Origin: Candidatus Latescibacterota bacterium
Lineage (GTDB): Bacteria > Latescibacterota > UBA2968 > UBA8231
DNA: 64,000 nucleotides
Direction: 5' to 3'
NCBI GenBank assembly: GCA_965203175.1
Contig: OZ241867.1
Location: forward strand, 1,120,001-1,184,000
The notes below the pieces were generated by a model. The model was not told the origin of the DNA and searched no databases. It was given only the letters and a program-made list of their open reading frames with translations. Made by a program: the position numbers and the translations under genes. Below, one piece after another: positions 26,952 through 37,585 of the stretch (the stretch's first letter is position 1; the number at the start of each line of letters is the position of its first letter).

Positions 26952-28892
26952 TCACGCCAGTTCAATGCGCTTTATCACGCGTTGCAAAACCCACTCGCCA
27001 ATGATCGTATTTTTTTGCGCGCGATACATGGTCTGAACAGGCGGAATCAACGCATCCCAATCGGGTTCAAAAGGGCCGTAACAAACCGGGTTATCCAGCG
27101 CAGCTTGCAAAGCGGGAATCAACGCCTTCATCTGCGCCAAGATCTCTCGGCTGTAAAAAGACAAATTTGCACCCGCTCGAAACCGCGCCCAGAGCAGATC
27201 GCTTTGCAACGCGCGTTCCAATGCGGGCATCGCGCCTTCTGTGCGGTTGTTTTGGCAAAGCAAGTCAGCCGCCGCAAGACTCACACTGATCGATTCATCC
27301 CGAACAAGTGGACCGATCTTTTGCAGAACTGTATCCTCCACCTCATACGACATCAACCCGGTAATCGCCCAATAACGCACCCCACTATCGGGATCATCAA
27401 GTCGGTCCATTAACCCAGCTCTGCCAGCTTCACCTAATCGCGGAAAATCGGCTGTCTCCAGAATGTGCGCATAGTTTTCGCAATGTGCGCCCACGTCGTA
27501 ATTCACACCCTCAGTCGCTCGCACGATCATCTCAGTTTCATCAATCAGCCCCAGATCTCGCGTCTCAATCATCCACGCAAACAACTGCGCTCGCATCTGA
27601 TCTTTGAGATCGCTGTATTCAGGATCATCCGCCAGATTGGCGATCTCTTCCGGGTCATTCTCAACATCGTATAGTTCTTCAAATGGCTTCTTTGCCTGCC
27701 AGATCAAATATTCAGAATACGCCTCGGGAATCGGCAGCAAAAACACACCATCGGGATCGTGCACCTTCTGCTTTCCGGGCAAACACGACGTATCCCAGAA
27801 ATCGTGCTCAGGTGTTCCTTTTTCAGGTGGCGTCGCAAAGAAACCACCATCTGGCCAAAACGAAGCATAGGGGCGGTGAGGCAAAAAGTTGCGAATGTAG
27901 CGGTATTTCTCACTCCGAATCGTGCGAATCACCTCATTGCAATTGTCCAGGCGATCCCGCGCCCCACAGACGTAATCGCGCTGCGGTTCTTTTTGCTTAC
28001 CCAGAAAGGCTCGTCCTTGAAAGTGTTTGGGAATCTGTGCATCCATCATGCTCAAAACAGATGCGCCCATATCCATCGTCATCACCAGATCATCCACCAC
28101 CATTCCCCGCGGTCCTGGTGCCAGATGTTGGTATTTCTCGGGAAAGCGAATAATCAACGGCACCCGCAAACCATCTTCGTAAACATGCGTCTTGCCCCTC
28201 GGAAAACCTGTGCCGTGATCAGACCAGAAGAAGACAATCGTATTGTCCAGCACACCCGCGGATACCAATTTTTCTATCACTTCACCCGCGTGCCGATCAA
28301 CCTGCATCAAGCCATCGTAAAAAAGAGCGGTGCGTTCTCTCGCAAGCGGTGTATCAGGCATAAAAACAGGCAGTGGCGCATTGTCGGGATCGTGCAATTC
28401 TTCATCTTTTAACAAACTCGACCGCTGTTCTCGCGCCTGCTCTGGTGTTAGCTTAAATACACTGGCGTGAGATTCACCAAAACTATAAACGGCAAAAAAA
28501 GGCTTCTCATCCGCCCGCTCCAAAAGCGCATCATTGCTCTGATACGCTGCCCATTCGTCAGGATCAATGTCTGTGTTCAAATCAGTATTGATCGCCGAGC
28601 AGTTATATCCTTCTGCCATCAGATAATGCGGCAACATTTGCACAAAATCAGGACGTCTGGCAAAACTTCGATGATGATGCGTACCCACAGTCGTTTGATG
28701 CATTCCGGTAAAAATACTTGTGCGCGCGGGTGAACAAATAGGCCCACAGGCAAAAGCGTTTGCATAGCGAACCCCTTCTTCAGCCAGCTTATCGAGATGA
28801 GGGGTTGTGGCATAATCATCGCCATAACACCCTAAATTCCTCGCACTTACATCATGGGTATTTATCCAGACAAAATTCGGCCGTTCCGCCAA
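26952..28892 (-). CDS. Sulfatase with C-terminal HEAT-like repeats
   Basis: RPNFVWI, CSPARTS (CxPxR), SDHG, EELYD…DP.E..NLA; LDDPDSGVRYWA. Confidence 0.92.
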   Translation of the reverse strand: MAERPNFVWINTHDVSARNLGCYGDDYATTPHLDKLAEEGVRYANAFACGPICSPARTSIFTGMHQTTVGTHHHRSFARRPDFVQMLPHYLMAEGYNCSAINTDLNTDIDPDEWAAYQSNDALLERADEKPFFAVYSFGESHASVFKLTPEQAREQRSSLLKDEELHDPDNAPLPVFMPDTPLARERTALFYDGLMQVDRHAGEVIEKLVSAGVLDNTIVFFWSDHGTGFPRGKTHVYEDGLRVPLIIRFPEKYQHLAPGPRGMVVDDLVMTMDMGASVLSMMDAQIPKHFQGRAFLGKQKEPQRDYVCGARDRLDNCNEVIRTIRSEKYRYIRNFLPHRPYASFWPDGGFFATPPEKGTPEHDFWDTSCLPGKQKVHDPDGVFLLPIPEAYSEYLIWQAKKPFEELYDVENDPEEIANLADDPEYSDLKDQMRAQLFAWMIETRDLGLIDETEMIVRATEGVNYDVGAHCENYAHILETADFPRLGEAGRAGLMDRLDDPDSGVRYWAITGLMSYEVEDTVLQKIGPLVRDESISVSLAAADLLCQNNRTEGAMPALERALQSDLLWARFRAGANLSFYSREILAQMKALIPALQAALDNPVCYGPFEPDWDALIPPVQTMYRAQKNTIIGEWVLQRVIKRIELA

Positions 28893-29101
28893 ATCGATTC
28901 CTCCCTAACACGAGGTACAATCCCTATCTTCATGTTCGCCTTCTTTACAACGGCTGAGTCTGGCAGCGGCAGTTGCCCCTTATTAAACTGAGAAGTATAA
29001 CGATTCCGCCGAAACAGGTCAGCCGAGCGGATCATTTGCGCCCGACCGCAACGCGAATCATTATTCAACGGTTTGCCTTAATCTCAACCCAAGGAATTTC
29101 T

Positions 29102-30274
29102 ATGATCATCCAACCCAAAGTTCGCGGCTTTATCTGCACTACGGCCCATCCCGACGGCTGCGCTCATGCCGTTCAAGACCAAATCGATTGGGTCAAACGC
29201 CAACCCCCTTTCGACGGCCCAAAGAAAGTTCTCGTCGTCGGCGCTTCGACCGGCTACGGGCTAGCGTCGCGCATCGCCACCTGCTTTGGTGCGGGAGCGG
29301 CCACGCTCGGGGTCTTCTTCGAGCGGCCAGCAGCCGGTAAACGCACGGCAACGGCTGGGTGGTACAATAGCGCGGCCTTCCACGAGGCCGCGCGCAACGC
29401 CGGCTATTACGCCCGCAGCATCAACGGCGATGCCTTCTCCGACGAGATCAAGGCCGAGACCATCGCCGCCATCCGCGAGGACCTGCAAGAAGTCGATTTG
29501 GTCGTTTACAGCTTAGCTTCGCCACGGCGGACGCATCCGCGCACCGGCGAAAATTTCAGCTCCGTCCTCAAGCCCCTCGGCGGCACCTATACCAACAAGA
29601 CCGTCCACGTCCAGACCGGCGAAGTTTCCGACATCGCCATCGACCCGGCGAACGAGGAAGAGATCGCCCATACCATCGCGGTCATGGGAGGGGAAGACTG
29701 GCAGATGTGGATCGAAGCGCTCGACGAAGCGGGCGTGCTCGCCGACGGCGTTCGCACGATCGCTTATACCTATATCGGCCCTGAAGTTACCCACCCGGTC
29801 TATCGCGACGGGACCATCGGCCACGCCAAAAATCATCTAGAAAACACGGCCAAGGCCCTCGACGAATATCTGCAAGCCAAAAGCGGCAGTGCCCACATCT
29901 CCGTCAACAAGGCCATGGTAACCCAATCGAGCGCCGCCATCCCCGTCGTGCCGCTCTACATCTCGCTGCTGTACAAGGTGATGAAGGAAAAGGGTTGCCA
30001 CGAAAGCTGCATCGAGCAGATGCACCGGCTCTTCGCCGGCTACCTCTATGCAGATGCCTCCACCGACGCCGAGGGACGCATCCGCATCGACGACCGAGAG
30101 ATGCGCGAAGACGTGCAGCGGGAAGTCGCTGCGCTGTGGGAGCAGGTCAACACTGAAAACCTCGAAGCGCTGTCGGATATCGAGAGCTACCGCTCCGAGT
30201 TTCTGGGACTTTTCGGCTTTGGCTTTGCGGGCATCGACTATGGGGTGGATGTCGATCCCGAGCGGGGACTGTAA
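29102..30274 (+). CDS. fabV: Enoyl-ACP / trans-2-enoyl-CoA reductase FabV
   Basis: MIIQPKVRGFICTTAHP, GASTGYGLASR, YSLASPRR, VMGGEDW. Confidence 0.93.
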   Translation: MIIQPKVRGFICTTAHPDGCAHAVQDQIDWVKRQPPFDGPKKVLVVGASTGYGLASRIATCFGAGAATLGVFFERPAAGKRTATAGWYNSAAFHEAARNAGYYARSINGDAFSDEIKAETIAAIREDLQEVDLVVYSLASPRRTHPRTGENFSSVLKPLGGTYTNKTVHVQTGEVSDIAIDPANEEEIAHTIAVMGGEDWQMWIEALDEAGVLADGVRTIAYTYIGPEVTHPVYRDGTIGHAKNHLENTAKALDEYLQAKSGSAHISVNKAMVTQSSAAIPVVPLYISLLYKVMKEKGCHESCIEQMHRLFAGYLYADASTDAEGRIRIDDREMREDVQREVAALWEQVNTENLEALSDIESYRSEFLGLFGFGFAGIDYGVDVDPERGL

Positions 30275-30298
30275 GTCGCCACAGATGCGTCGTTGGCA

Positions 30299-31063
30299 AT
30301 GAAGCTTTATTGGCTCTTACTAGCGGCCTTGGTCTGGCTGGCGAATCCCCTGTGGGCGCAAGTCGATATCGAAAGCCTACGCCGGGATGATCAAGCGGGC
30401 TTTTTCGGTTCCGTGGCGATTGACCTGACGTTGCGGGCCGGCAATGTCGAGTTATTCGAATGCGGTCCCGAGCTTTCCCTCAGTTACGGCCGCGCCGAGG
30501 ACACGTTCATTTTTATCGGCTCAGGCGACCTCGGCTGGGAGGGTAAGGAGCGCTTTTCCAATGAAGCACTGGCGCATCTGCGCTACGTCCGCGCCTTGGG
30601 CTCGCGGCTGCACGGAGAAGCCTTCGGACAAGTTAATTACGACCAATCCCGGCGCTTGGATTTTCGCGGCCTTGTCGGCAGCGGCATCCGTTTGGCTCTC
30701 ATCGCCCCGGGCGAGTCGTCTTTTTGGCTAGGCTCGTCGCTTATGTTTGAGCACGAGCGAAATGAACTCACACCGGCGGACGACCATGCGGCTCGGACTT
30801 CGCTTGTCCGCTGGAGCAACTACTTGTCGGCCGATATCAAGCTCGGTGCAGCAGCCCAGCTAGCGGGAACGGCCTACGTGCAGCCTGCGGTGCGGCAATT
30901 CGACGACTATCGCGTTTTGTGGGACGTGGTCTTGAAAGTATCGATCACCGAAGCGCTATCCTCGACTACGTCCGTGGCATTTCAGCGCGATAGCGATCCG
31001 CTCCATGGAGTGGATGGAAGCGATTTTAGCCTAACAACGGGTTTAGCACTCGATTGGAATTGA
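30299..31063 (+). CDS. DUF481-like outer-membrane protein
   Basis: Signal peptide, GNV, AHLRY, YVQP, terminal beta strand …GLALDWN. Confidence 0.7.
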   Translation: MKLYWLLLAALVWLANPLWAQVDIESLRRDDQAGFFGSVAIDLTLRAGNVELFECGPELSLSYGRAEDTFIFIGSGDLGWEGKERFSNEALAHLRYVRALGSRLHGEAFGQVNYDQSRRLDFRGLVGSGIRLALIAPGESSFWLGSSLMFEHERNELTPADDHAARTSLVRWSNYLSADIKLGAAAQLAGTAYVQPAVRQFDDYRVLWDVVLKVSITEALSSTTSVAFQRDSDPLHGVDGSDFSLTTGLALDWN

Positions 31064-31070
31064 GAAACCT

Positions 31071-31787
31071 TCACTCGAAGAACCCCTCGTCGTGGGGCCG
31101 CAAATCGATCTCGAAACCCCAAGCGCCTTTGTCCTGTTGCACCAGACTCCAATAGGCGGCGGCCACGGCGTCGATATTTAGGAGAGGTTCGCCCTCCTCG
31201 ACATGCCCTCCCTCGCGCACCGAGGGGGTATCCAGCACCCCGTCTATGATAACGTGGGCCACGTGAATGCCCTCGGGCCATAGCTCGCGGGCCAATGCCC
31301 AAGCTAGACCGCGCACCGCAAACTTGGCGCTACTGAAGGCAAGGGCACCGGCCCGGCCCCGAATGGACGAGGTGGCTCCGGTGAAGAGAATGGTGCCGCG
31401 GCCTACAGATAGCATATCGCCGACCACTTCCCTCGCGCACAGAAAGGAGCCGTAGGCACACACGCGCCAGGATTGTTCAAACTCATCCAAGGTCAGCTCG
31501 TGGAAGCCTTTCCAAGAGGCGTTGCCGGCGTGGTTGATCAGGACATCGACCGGGCCCAGTTCCTCGCGCACTTGGGCAAAGCCCCGGGTCACCTGCTGGG
31601 GGTCGGTGATATCCGCGGGTACGGCAAGGGCCTTCACACCTTCTTGCAGCAGTTCTTCGGCCAGTCCCTCGATATAATTAGGGGACCGGGCCAGCAACCC
31701 TACTTGGTAGCCTTCGCTTGCAAACTTCCTCACCAGCGCGGCACCTAAACCAGAGCCGACCCCTGAAATAACAGCCGTTTTGGACAT
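31071..31787 (-). CDS. Short-chain dehydrogenase/reductase
   Basis: GVGSGLG, FTGATSS, FSSAK, HVAHVIIDG. Confidence 0.9.
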   Translation of the reverse strand: MSKTAVISGVGSGLGAALVRKFASEGYQVGLLARSPNYIEGLAEELLQEGVKALAVPADITDPQQVTRGFAQVREELGPVDVLINHAGNASWKGFHELTLDEFEQSWRVCAYGSFLCAREVVGDMLSVGRGTILFTGATSSIRGRAGALAFSSAKFAVRGLAWALARELWPEGIHVAHVIIDGVLDTPSVREGGHVEEGEPLLNIDAVAAAYWSLVQQDKGAWGFEIDLRPHDEGFFE

Positions 31788-31801
31788 GGTATTCTCCTCT
31801 T

Positions 31802-31829
31802 TTTAAGGTTGACACTTTAAGGTTGACAC
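31802..31829. repeat. 14-bp tandem repeat TTTAAGGTTGACAC x2 in a divergent promoter region
   Basis: Read directly. Confidence 0.7.
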
Positions 31830-32010
31830 TTGCGGGATGACGCGGTTCCCAAAGTCTCCCGTGCATGTCAGTCCTCGGCCTGCCCTGTGATGTCTTGATC
31901 CCGGAGCTTGGGCGGGTTATGCTAAATTTAATTGGCGAACTTTCCGGGGCACATACCAGTATTGAATCAGAAGCGCGAAGCCGACTTCACACTCAATTGG
32001 GAGGATTGAC

Positions 32011-33612
32011 ATGCTCGTCGGATACGTCAGCAATGAACGCTATGTCGCCTTGGCCGATATGCTATTTGAGTTTCGCCGCGCCGACCGGGTTGCAACGGCG
32101 CGCTCGACCATTTCGGGTGCCGTGTACGCAGACATCGAACCTGGGGAGTACGAGGTCGTCTTGGGCGGGCCAGGCCACGGTTCAAAGATCGTGCACATGG
32201 AGGTGCGGCAAGACCAGCCATACCAGTTTCGCCTATTGTCGGACGGGCTGCTGGGCTACATGTGGCCCAAATGCGTGCGCGGCGGGGAACAAGCCGAATT
32301 CCGGGTGCACGGGGTGGTCGAGTACGAACTGGAACTGTGGCGCTACGGTGCCCAAAAGGAGTTCATCCGCCGCATCGGCACTTTTGACGAGCACGGGCCG
32401 CGGGCCAATATGCAGATCACGCCCGACGGCGATTACACCCAGACTGGCGTGCAGTGGAATAAGCACGGGTACCACAGCAAAGCCCTGAACCAATTCGTCG
32501 AGGCTCCCCAGCGCTCGGGGCTGTACTACCTGCACGCCCGCGACAAAGAAGGGCGCTTCTTTACCTTCCCTTGGGTCGTGGCACCGACCCAACCCACGGC
32601 ACCACTGGCCGTGCTGGCCTCGGACATCAACTGGAACGCGTACAATAGCTTTGGCGGCCGCAGCAACTACATCCACGCCGATTGCTTCCCCCCAACGCCG
32701 ACACTCAACTCGCGCCTCGAACTAAAGCGCTACACCGAAAAAGAGCACCGCACGTACAATGCGGAGACGTACGCGCCATTGTCGCTGGAACGACCCGACC
32801 CGTACAACCACATCGACGCGGACGAGGGGCTGACCGATCCCATTGCCGGCCGCCAGGGCTGCCACATGGCCGCAGCCGAGTGGCGTTTGTTCGGCTGGAT
32901 GGAGCGCCAGGGCATTGATTACGACTTATACGGAGAGACGCAATTCCACTTTGATCAGGTGCCACTCGACCAGTACAAAGTACTGGTGATCAGCACCCAT
33001 CCCGAGTACTGGTCCAAGGAGATGTACTTCCGGCTCAAGCACTGGGTCTTCGAGCGCGGCGGGCGCTTGCTGTACTTGGGCGGCAACGGACTCAACTGCG
33101 AGGTCGAATTCCTCGACGACCACCGCATCGTGTACCACAATACCAACTGGAGCCATTCCGAGCCCCAGTTCGCCGCGGACGGGCGGGAGTACGAGAGCCG
33201 CTTTGACCGGCGGGTGGAATCAGAGGCCAACTTATTGGGCGTGGTCTTTTCCTATAGCGGCATCATGACCGCCGCACCGTATCGGGTATTAGACGATACC
33301 CACTGGTGTTTTGCGGGAACGGGCCTGAAAAACGGCGATGTTTTCGGCGAAAAAAGCCTGCATCAGCGCATACCTGGCGGGGCCTCGGGCCACGAAACCG
33401 ACAAAATCTCGCCGCAGTCGCCGACTAATACGCGGCTGCTGGCCAAGGGGCTCAACCCGGAAGAAGGCGGGGCCGAGATCGTCGAGCACGCGACCGCCAG
33501 CGGCGGGGCGGTCTTTTCAGTGGGCTCCATCTGCTGGCCAGCTTCCATTTTGGTCGACGAAGCCGTGTCCAAAATCACGGAAAATGCCATCCGTCGCTAT
33601 CTGACCGATTAG
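32011..33612 (+). CDS. N,N-dimethylformamidase large-subunit-like protein
   Basis: SGLY, W.AYN.FGGRS.Y, S.ERP, HPEYWS, LYLGGN, GHETD, GGAVFSVGSI. Confidence 0.75.
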   Translation: MLVGYVSNERYVALADMLFEFRRADRVATARSTISGAVYADIEPGEYEVVLGGPGHGSKIVHMEVRQDQPYQFRLLSDGLLGYMWPKCVRGGEQAEFRVHGVVEYELELWRYGAQKEFIRRIGTFDEHGPRANMQITPDGDYTQTGVQWNKHGYHSKALNQFVEAPQRSGLYYLHARDKEGRFFTFPWVVAPTQPTAPLAVLASDINWNAYNSFGGRSNYIHADCFPPTPTLNSRLELKRYTEKEHRTYNAETYAPLSLERPDPYNHIDADEGLTDPIAGRQGCHMAAAEWRLFGWMERQGIDYDLYGETQFHFDQVPLDQYKVLVISTHPEYWSKEMYFRLKHWVFERGGRLLYLGGNGLNCEVEFLDDHRIVYHNTNWSHSEPQFAADGREYESRFDRRVESEANLLGVVFSYSGIMTAAPYRVLDDTHWCFAGTGLKNGDVFGEKSLHQRIPGGASGHETDKISPQSPTNTRLLAKGLNPEEGGAEIVEHATASGGAVFSVGSICWPASILVDEAVSKITENAIRRYLTD

Positions 33613-33633
33613 GGAAAAGGCGACTCCACGGAT

Positions 33634-34380
33634 TCAATAGGTCGCCCGACCGCCGCTCACGTCAAAGCACTGGCCCGTAGCAAAGGTCGATTCGTCCGAA
33701 ACTAAAAACAAAATAGTCGCCGCCACTTCTTCGGGGCGGCCCAAGCGGCCGAGGGGGATTTTGGCGGTCAAGAAATCGACTCGGTCCTGGTCCATGCCCT
33801 GCAATATCGGCGTGTCAATCAGGGCCGGAGCCACGCAATTGACGCGGATGCCGCAGTCCAAAACCTCTTTGGCAAGGGTTTTGGTAAAGCAGATGACGCC
33901 CGCCTTGGATACGGAGTACGGTGCCATATTGGCGTTGCCCTCTTTGCCGGAGATAGAGGCCAGCGAGCAGATGACTCCACTCTGTTGCGGCAGCATGTAG
34001 CGCAAGGCAGCCCGCGAGCACAGAAAGGTCCCCTTGAGATTGATGTCGAGAACGCGGTCCCAGTCGTCTTCGGCTAAGTCTTTGACCGGCGTGTCCGTGC
34101 CGACAATGCCGGCGTTGTTGACCAAGATGTCGAGACCGCCCAACTGGTCGGCAACTTGGGCAAAGGCCCGGTCAATCGAAGCGGACTGGGCTACATCGAC
34201 GGCAAGGCCGATGGTCGAACCGCCGATTTCAGCAGCCGTCCGCTGCGCGCCATCGACGTCGATATCTAAGATGGCCACCTGGGCACCCTCAGCGGCGAGG
34301 CGCTCGGCAATGGCGCAGCCTATGCCGCGCGCGGCACCGGTGACAACGGCGTTTTTTCCCTTAAGGGGTTGCGGGTCCAT
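33634..34380 (-). CDS. SDR oxidoreductase, FabG-like
   Basis: TGAARGIG, NNAG, YSVSK, PLGRLGRPEE. Confidence 0.92.
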   Translation of the reverse strand: MDPQPLKGKNAVVTGAARGIGCAIAERLAAEGAQVAILDIDVDGAQRTAAEIGGSTIGLAVDVAQSASIDRAFAQVADQLGGLDILVNNAGIVGTDTPVKDLAEDDWDRVLDINLKGTFLCSRAALRYMLPQQSGVICSLASISGKEGNANMAPYSVSKAGVICFTKTLAKEVLDCGIRVNCVAPALIDTPILQGMDQDRVDFLTAKIPLGRLGRPEEVAATILFLVSDESTFATGQCFDVSGGRATY

Positions 34381-34449
34381 CTGGTTTTCTAAGCTCCCTA
34401 ATTAGCAATAAATTAATCGCCGCCAAAATTGGCGGACATATCGCCTACT

Positions 34450-34592
34450 GCGGCAAACCGATGCCGATTGACTTGCATGGCTTTTGGTCTCCATATATTG
34501 CAGTTTTATGGCGATACCAAGGAAAAATAATGCCCAATGATAGGCTTTCCAAAGGCAGTAGAGCAAATGTAGTAGCGGTGGTTTTGCTGCTG
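34450..34592 (+). repeat. Promoter+RBS+signal-peptide header, copy 1
   Basis: Colinear similarity to 63382-63528 (TTGACTT, GCAGTTTTATG, GGCTTTCCAAAG.CAGTA.AGCAA, GTTTTGCTGCTG). Confidence 0.85.
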
Positions 34593-36236
34593 GCCTCAAT
34601 CCTCACCAAAGCGACAGCCGAGACTCGCTTCGTCGAAGTAGCACGGCAGTCTGGTATTGACTTTGCCAATGTCTCAGGCACTCCCGAGAAGAAGTACATA
34701 ATTGAGACCCAAGCCGCCGGCGTGACTGCGTGGGACTACGATCTCGATGGGGACCCCGATTTGTACTTTACCATTGGTTCCCACCTCAAAGGAGAAGGGG
34801 CACCAGCAAACGCCCTATTTCGCAACGACGGAGGGCAGTTCGCCAACGCAACAGCAGGTAGCGGCACCGGCTTGCAGGGATGGAGCATGGGAGCCACGCC
34901 GGCCGACTATGACCTCGATGGGGACGACGATCTCTACGTCACGCGCTGGGGTCGCAACGCCTTGCTCCGCAACGAGGGCGGGGGACGCTTCACCGAGGTC
35001 GCTGCGTTCGCCAACGTCGATGACAATCGTTGGGGAATCGGCGCGGCATTCGCCGACTACGACCTCGACGGCGACCTCGATCTCTACGTCGCAAACTACA
35101 TCAAGTTCGAACTCAATGGTCCCCCGTTCTACGACAAGTGGTGTAATCACAGGGGAATAAAGGCCGCTTGCGGTCCAGCCGGCTTCAACGCAGAAAGAGA
35201 TGTCTTATTCCGCAACGACGGAAACGGCACCTTCAGTGACGTGAGCGCGGCTGCGGGGATTGACAACCCACCTCGTTATGGCATGCAAGTCGCCTGGGGC
35301 GATCTCGACGCGGATGGCGATCTCGACGCGTACGTGAGCAACGATGGACACGCCAATTCCCTATTGCGCAACGACGGGCGCGAGAAGTTCACCGAAATCG
35401 GCATGTCGTCGGGCGCGGCCTTCAGCGGCGATGGCCGATCCCAAGCTGGAATGGGAGTAGCTCTTGGCGACGGCGACGGCGATGGCTTGTGCGACATCTT
35501 CGTCACCAATTTCTCCCAGGACCACAACACGTACTACGAGAATGCAGACACCGGATTTTTCACCGACATCAGTGGCCAAGCAGGACTAGCCGGCAGTAGC
35601 CGCCCTTTTATGGGGTGGGCCACCTTCTTTTTCGACCACGACGGCGATACTGACCTAGATCTATTCGTCGCCAACGGCCACCTCATGCCTGCCATTGACC
35701 ATGCCGGTAGCGGGCTACACTACGCGCAGACAAACCAGCTATACCGCAATGACGGGGGCAGCAGATTTACAGAGATCAGCGGGCGCGCTGGCCCTGGGTT
35801 TGGCTTGGCAAGGGTGAGTCGCGGCGCAATCCATGGCGATCTGGACGGCGACGGCGACCCCGATATTGTAGTAGCCAATCTCGACGCGCCGCCAAGTTTA
35901 CTGCGCAACGACGGCGATCGCATCCATCACTGGCTCGGGCTAGACCTGCAGGGTCCACTTGGAAACCGCCACGGGATTGGTGCCTACGTCCTAGTGCGGT
36001 CGGGGGGCCGCGAGCAACATCGCCAAATATTCAGCGGCGACGGATTTATGGGGCAAAACGACCCGCGCCTCTTCATAGGGCTGGGAACGGCGCGCATTGT
36101 GGACCACTTGGAAGTGCGCTGGCCTTCCGGGCAGGTACAGCACTACCAGAACCTGACCGCAGATCGTTTCTACCTGATCCATTACCAAGACGGGCTTACA
36201 GTCCGAGGAGATGGGGAGAGGATGGGCTCTGAATGA
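34530..36236 (+). CDS. CRTAC1-like FG-GAP/VCBS repeat protein with ASPIC/UnbV domain
   Basis: Repeated DYDLDGD.DLYV, AGMG, VSRG, GIGA.V, V.WPSG. Confidence 0.92.
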   Translation: MPNDRLSKGSRANVVAVVLLLASILTKATAETRFVEVARQSGIDFANVSGTPEKKYIIETQAAGVTAWDYDLDGDPDLYFTIGSHLKGEGAPANALFRNDGGQFANATAGSGTGLQGWSMGATPADYDLDGDDDLYVTRWGRNALLRNEGGGRFTEVAAFANVDDNRWGIGAAFADYDLDGDLDLYVANYIKFELNGPPFYDKWCNHRGIKAACGPAGFNAERDVLFRNDGNGTFSDVSAAAGIDNPPRYGMQVAWGDLDADGDLDAYVSNDGHANSLLRNDGREKFTEIGMSSGAAFSGDGRSQAGMGVALGDGDGDGLCDIFVTNFSQDHNTYYENADTGFFTDISGQAGLAGSSRPFMGWATFFFDHDGDTDLDLFVANGHLMPAIDHAGSGLHYAQTNQLYRNDGGSRFTEISGRAGPGFGLARVSRGAIHGDLDGDGDPDIVVANLDAPPSLLRNDGDRIHHWLGLDLQGPLGNRHGIGAYVLVRSGGREQHRQIFSGDGFMGQNDPRLFIGLGTARIVDHLEVRWPSGQVQHYQNLTADRFYLIHYQDGLTVRGDGERMGSE

Positions 36237-37585
36237 GGCGACAGCTACCGCTAGGCACCTTGCTGTTACTCAAGGCGATTCTCGTCGAGGGCTGCGGCTA
36301 CCAAGAAGAACAGCCCGCTCCTCAGACTGCGGAGGTTGAAACGACCCCCCTTGCTGCGGCTGCCGCCATCGACAAGGCGCACAATCTGCTCGATGTCCGT
36401 CAGTCCGAGGAAGCGGAACGAATTCTCAGGGAAGCCTTGGAGGTCGCCCCGGAACACGCACAACTCAACAATCTGCTCGGCGCAGCCCTAGTGGAGCTCA
36501 GCAACTTTGCAGAGGCCGAAGCCCGCTTTCGCAGAGCAGCAGAGCTGGATCCAACCCTAGCGGATCCCTTGGCCAGACTCGGCTGGCTTCTCTACGAAAA
36601 GCAGGGGAAGGCGACTGAGGCTAAGGCACTGTTGCAGCAGAGCCTAGAACTCGACCCCAACCACGAGAGGGGTCGCTATACACTGGGACTCGTGCATCAA
36701 CGCGAGGGCGAACTGGACAGCGCCGCCATGGTGTACGCCAGCCTACTGGAGCGAATACCATCGGCCGAAGCTCACCGCCAACTGGGCCTGACCTATCTGC
36801 AGCAAGGCAAACTGGAGCGCGCCCAGCGATCCCTCCAAGAAGCGGCGCGTTGGTCCCCGTACGACTCCCAAACCCTAGTGGGGTTAGGCCAAGTAATGGC
36901 CCGCCAAGGCAAGGCCGACAGCGCCCGGCTGATCCTCAAAGGGGCGGAGAAAATACGCCAAGAGGAAGAGGAACTTCGCCCTTTGCGAGACGCCGCCACG
37001 CGCTATCCGAATCGTCCCCAGTCGCACTTCAACTTGGGGGTGGCATACTCCCGCATGGGACGGTTGAAGTTGGCTCAGCAGGCGTACCGACGAGCCTTGA
37101 AAACGGATCCTTCGTACGGGCGCGCCTACAAGGGCCTCGGAACCCTTGCCATGTCCGCGGGGGAGTTGGAGCAAGCCGAGATTCTCTTTGTGAAAGCCCT
37201 CGCGCGCGACTCGACTCTAGCCACGGCGCACAACAATCTAGGGCTGATCTACCACGCCAGAGGCCACCATGCGGAGGCCGTCGCGCAATTTGAAGCCGCT
37301 GCTCGCGACGCTCCGCAACAGGCTCCTCTCTGGGCCAATGTAGCACGGGCCTATCGCGATCTGGGACGGGCCGAGCAAGCGCGCCGGACGGCAGCAAAGG
37401 CCCTAGCGATCGACTCTACATTTCACGGTGCAAGGGAGATACTCGGAGACGCGTACTTCCTGGACGGGGCGCTGGAGAAGGCGCTAGAGACCTGGCGTCG
37501 CGTCGCAGAGACAACGCCTAACGATACAGCGCTAGCCGCCAAGATTGAGCGGGCCGAGCAATTGTTAGAGAGCAGACCGCGATGA
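36233..37585 (+). CDS. Tetratricopeptide repeat protein, possible lipoprotein
   Basis: Multiple TPRs (HFNLG, AHNNLG, A.ELDP); N-terminal VEGC. Confidence 0.88.
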   Translation: MRRQLPLGTLLLLKAILVEGCGYQEEQPAPQTAEVETTPLAAAAAIDKAHNLLDVRQSEEAERILREALEVAPEHAQLNNLLGAALVELSNFAEAEARFRRAAELDPTLADPLARLGWLLYEKQGKATEAKALLQQSLELDPNHERGRYTLGLVHQREGELDSAAMVYASLLERIPSAEAHRQLGLTYLQQGKLERAQRSLQEAARWSPYDSQTLVGLGQVMARQGKADSARLILKGAEKIRQEEEELRPLRDAATRYPNRPQSHFNLGVAYSRMGRLKLAQQAYRRALKTDPSYGRAYKGLGTLAMSAGELEQAEILFVKALARDSTLATAHNNLGLIYHARGHHAEAVAQFEAAARDAPQQAPLWANVARAYRDLGRAEQARRTAAKALAIDSTFHGAREILGDAYFLDGALEKALETWRRVAETTPNDTALAAKIERAEQLLESRPR

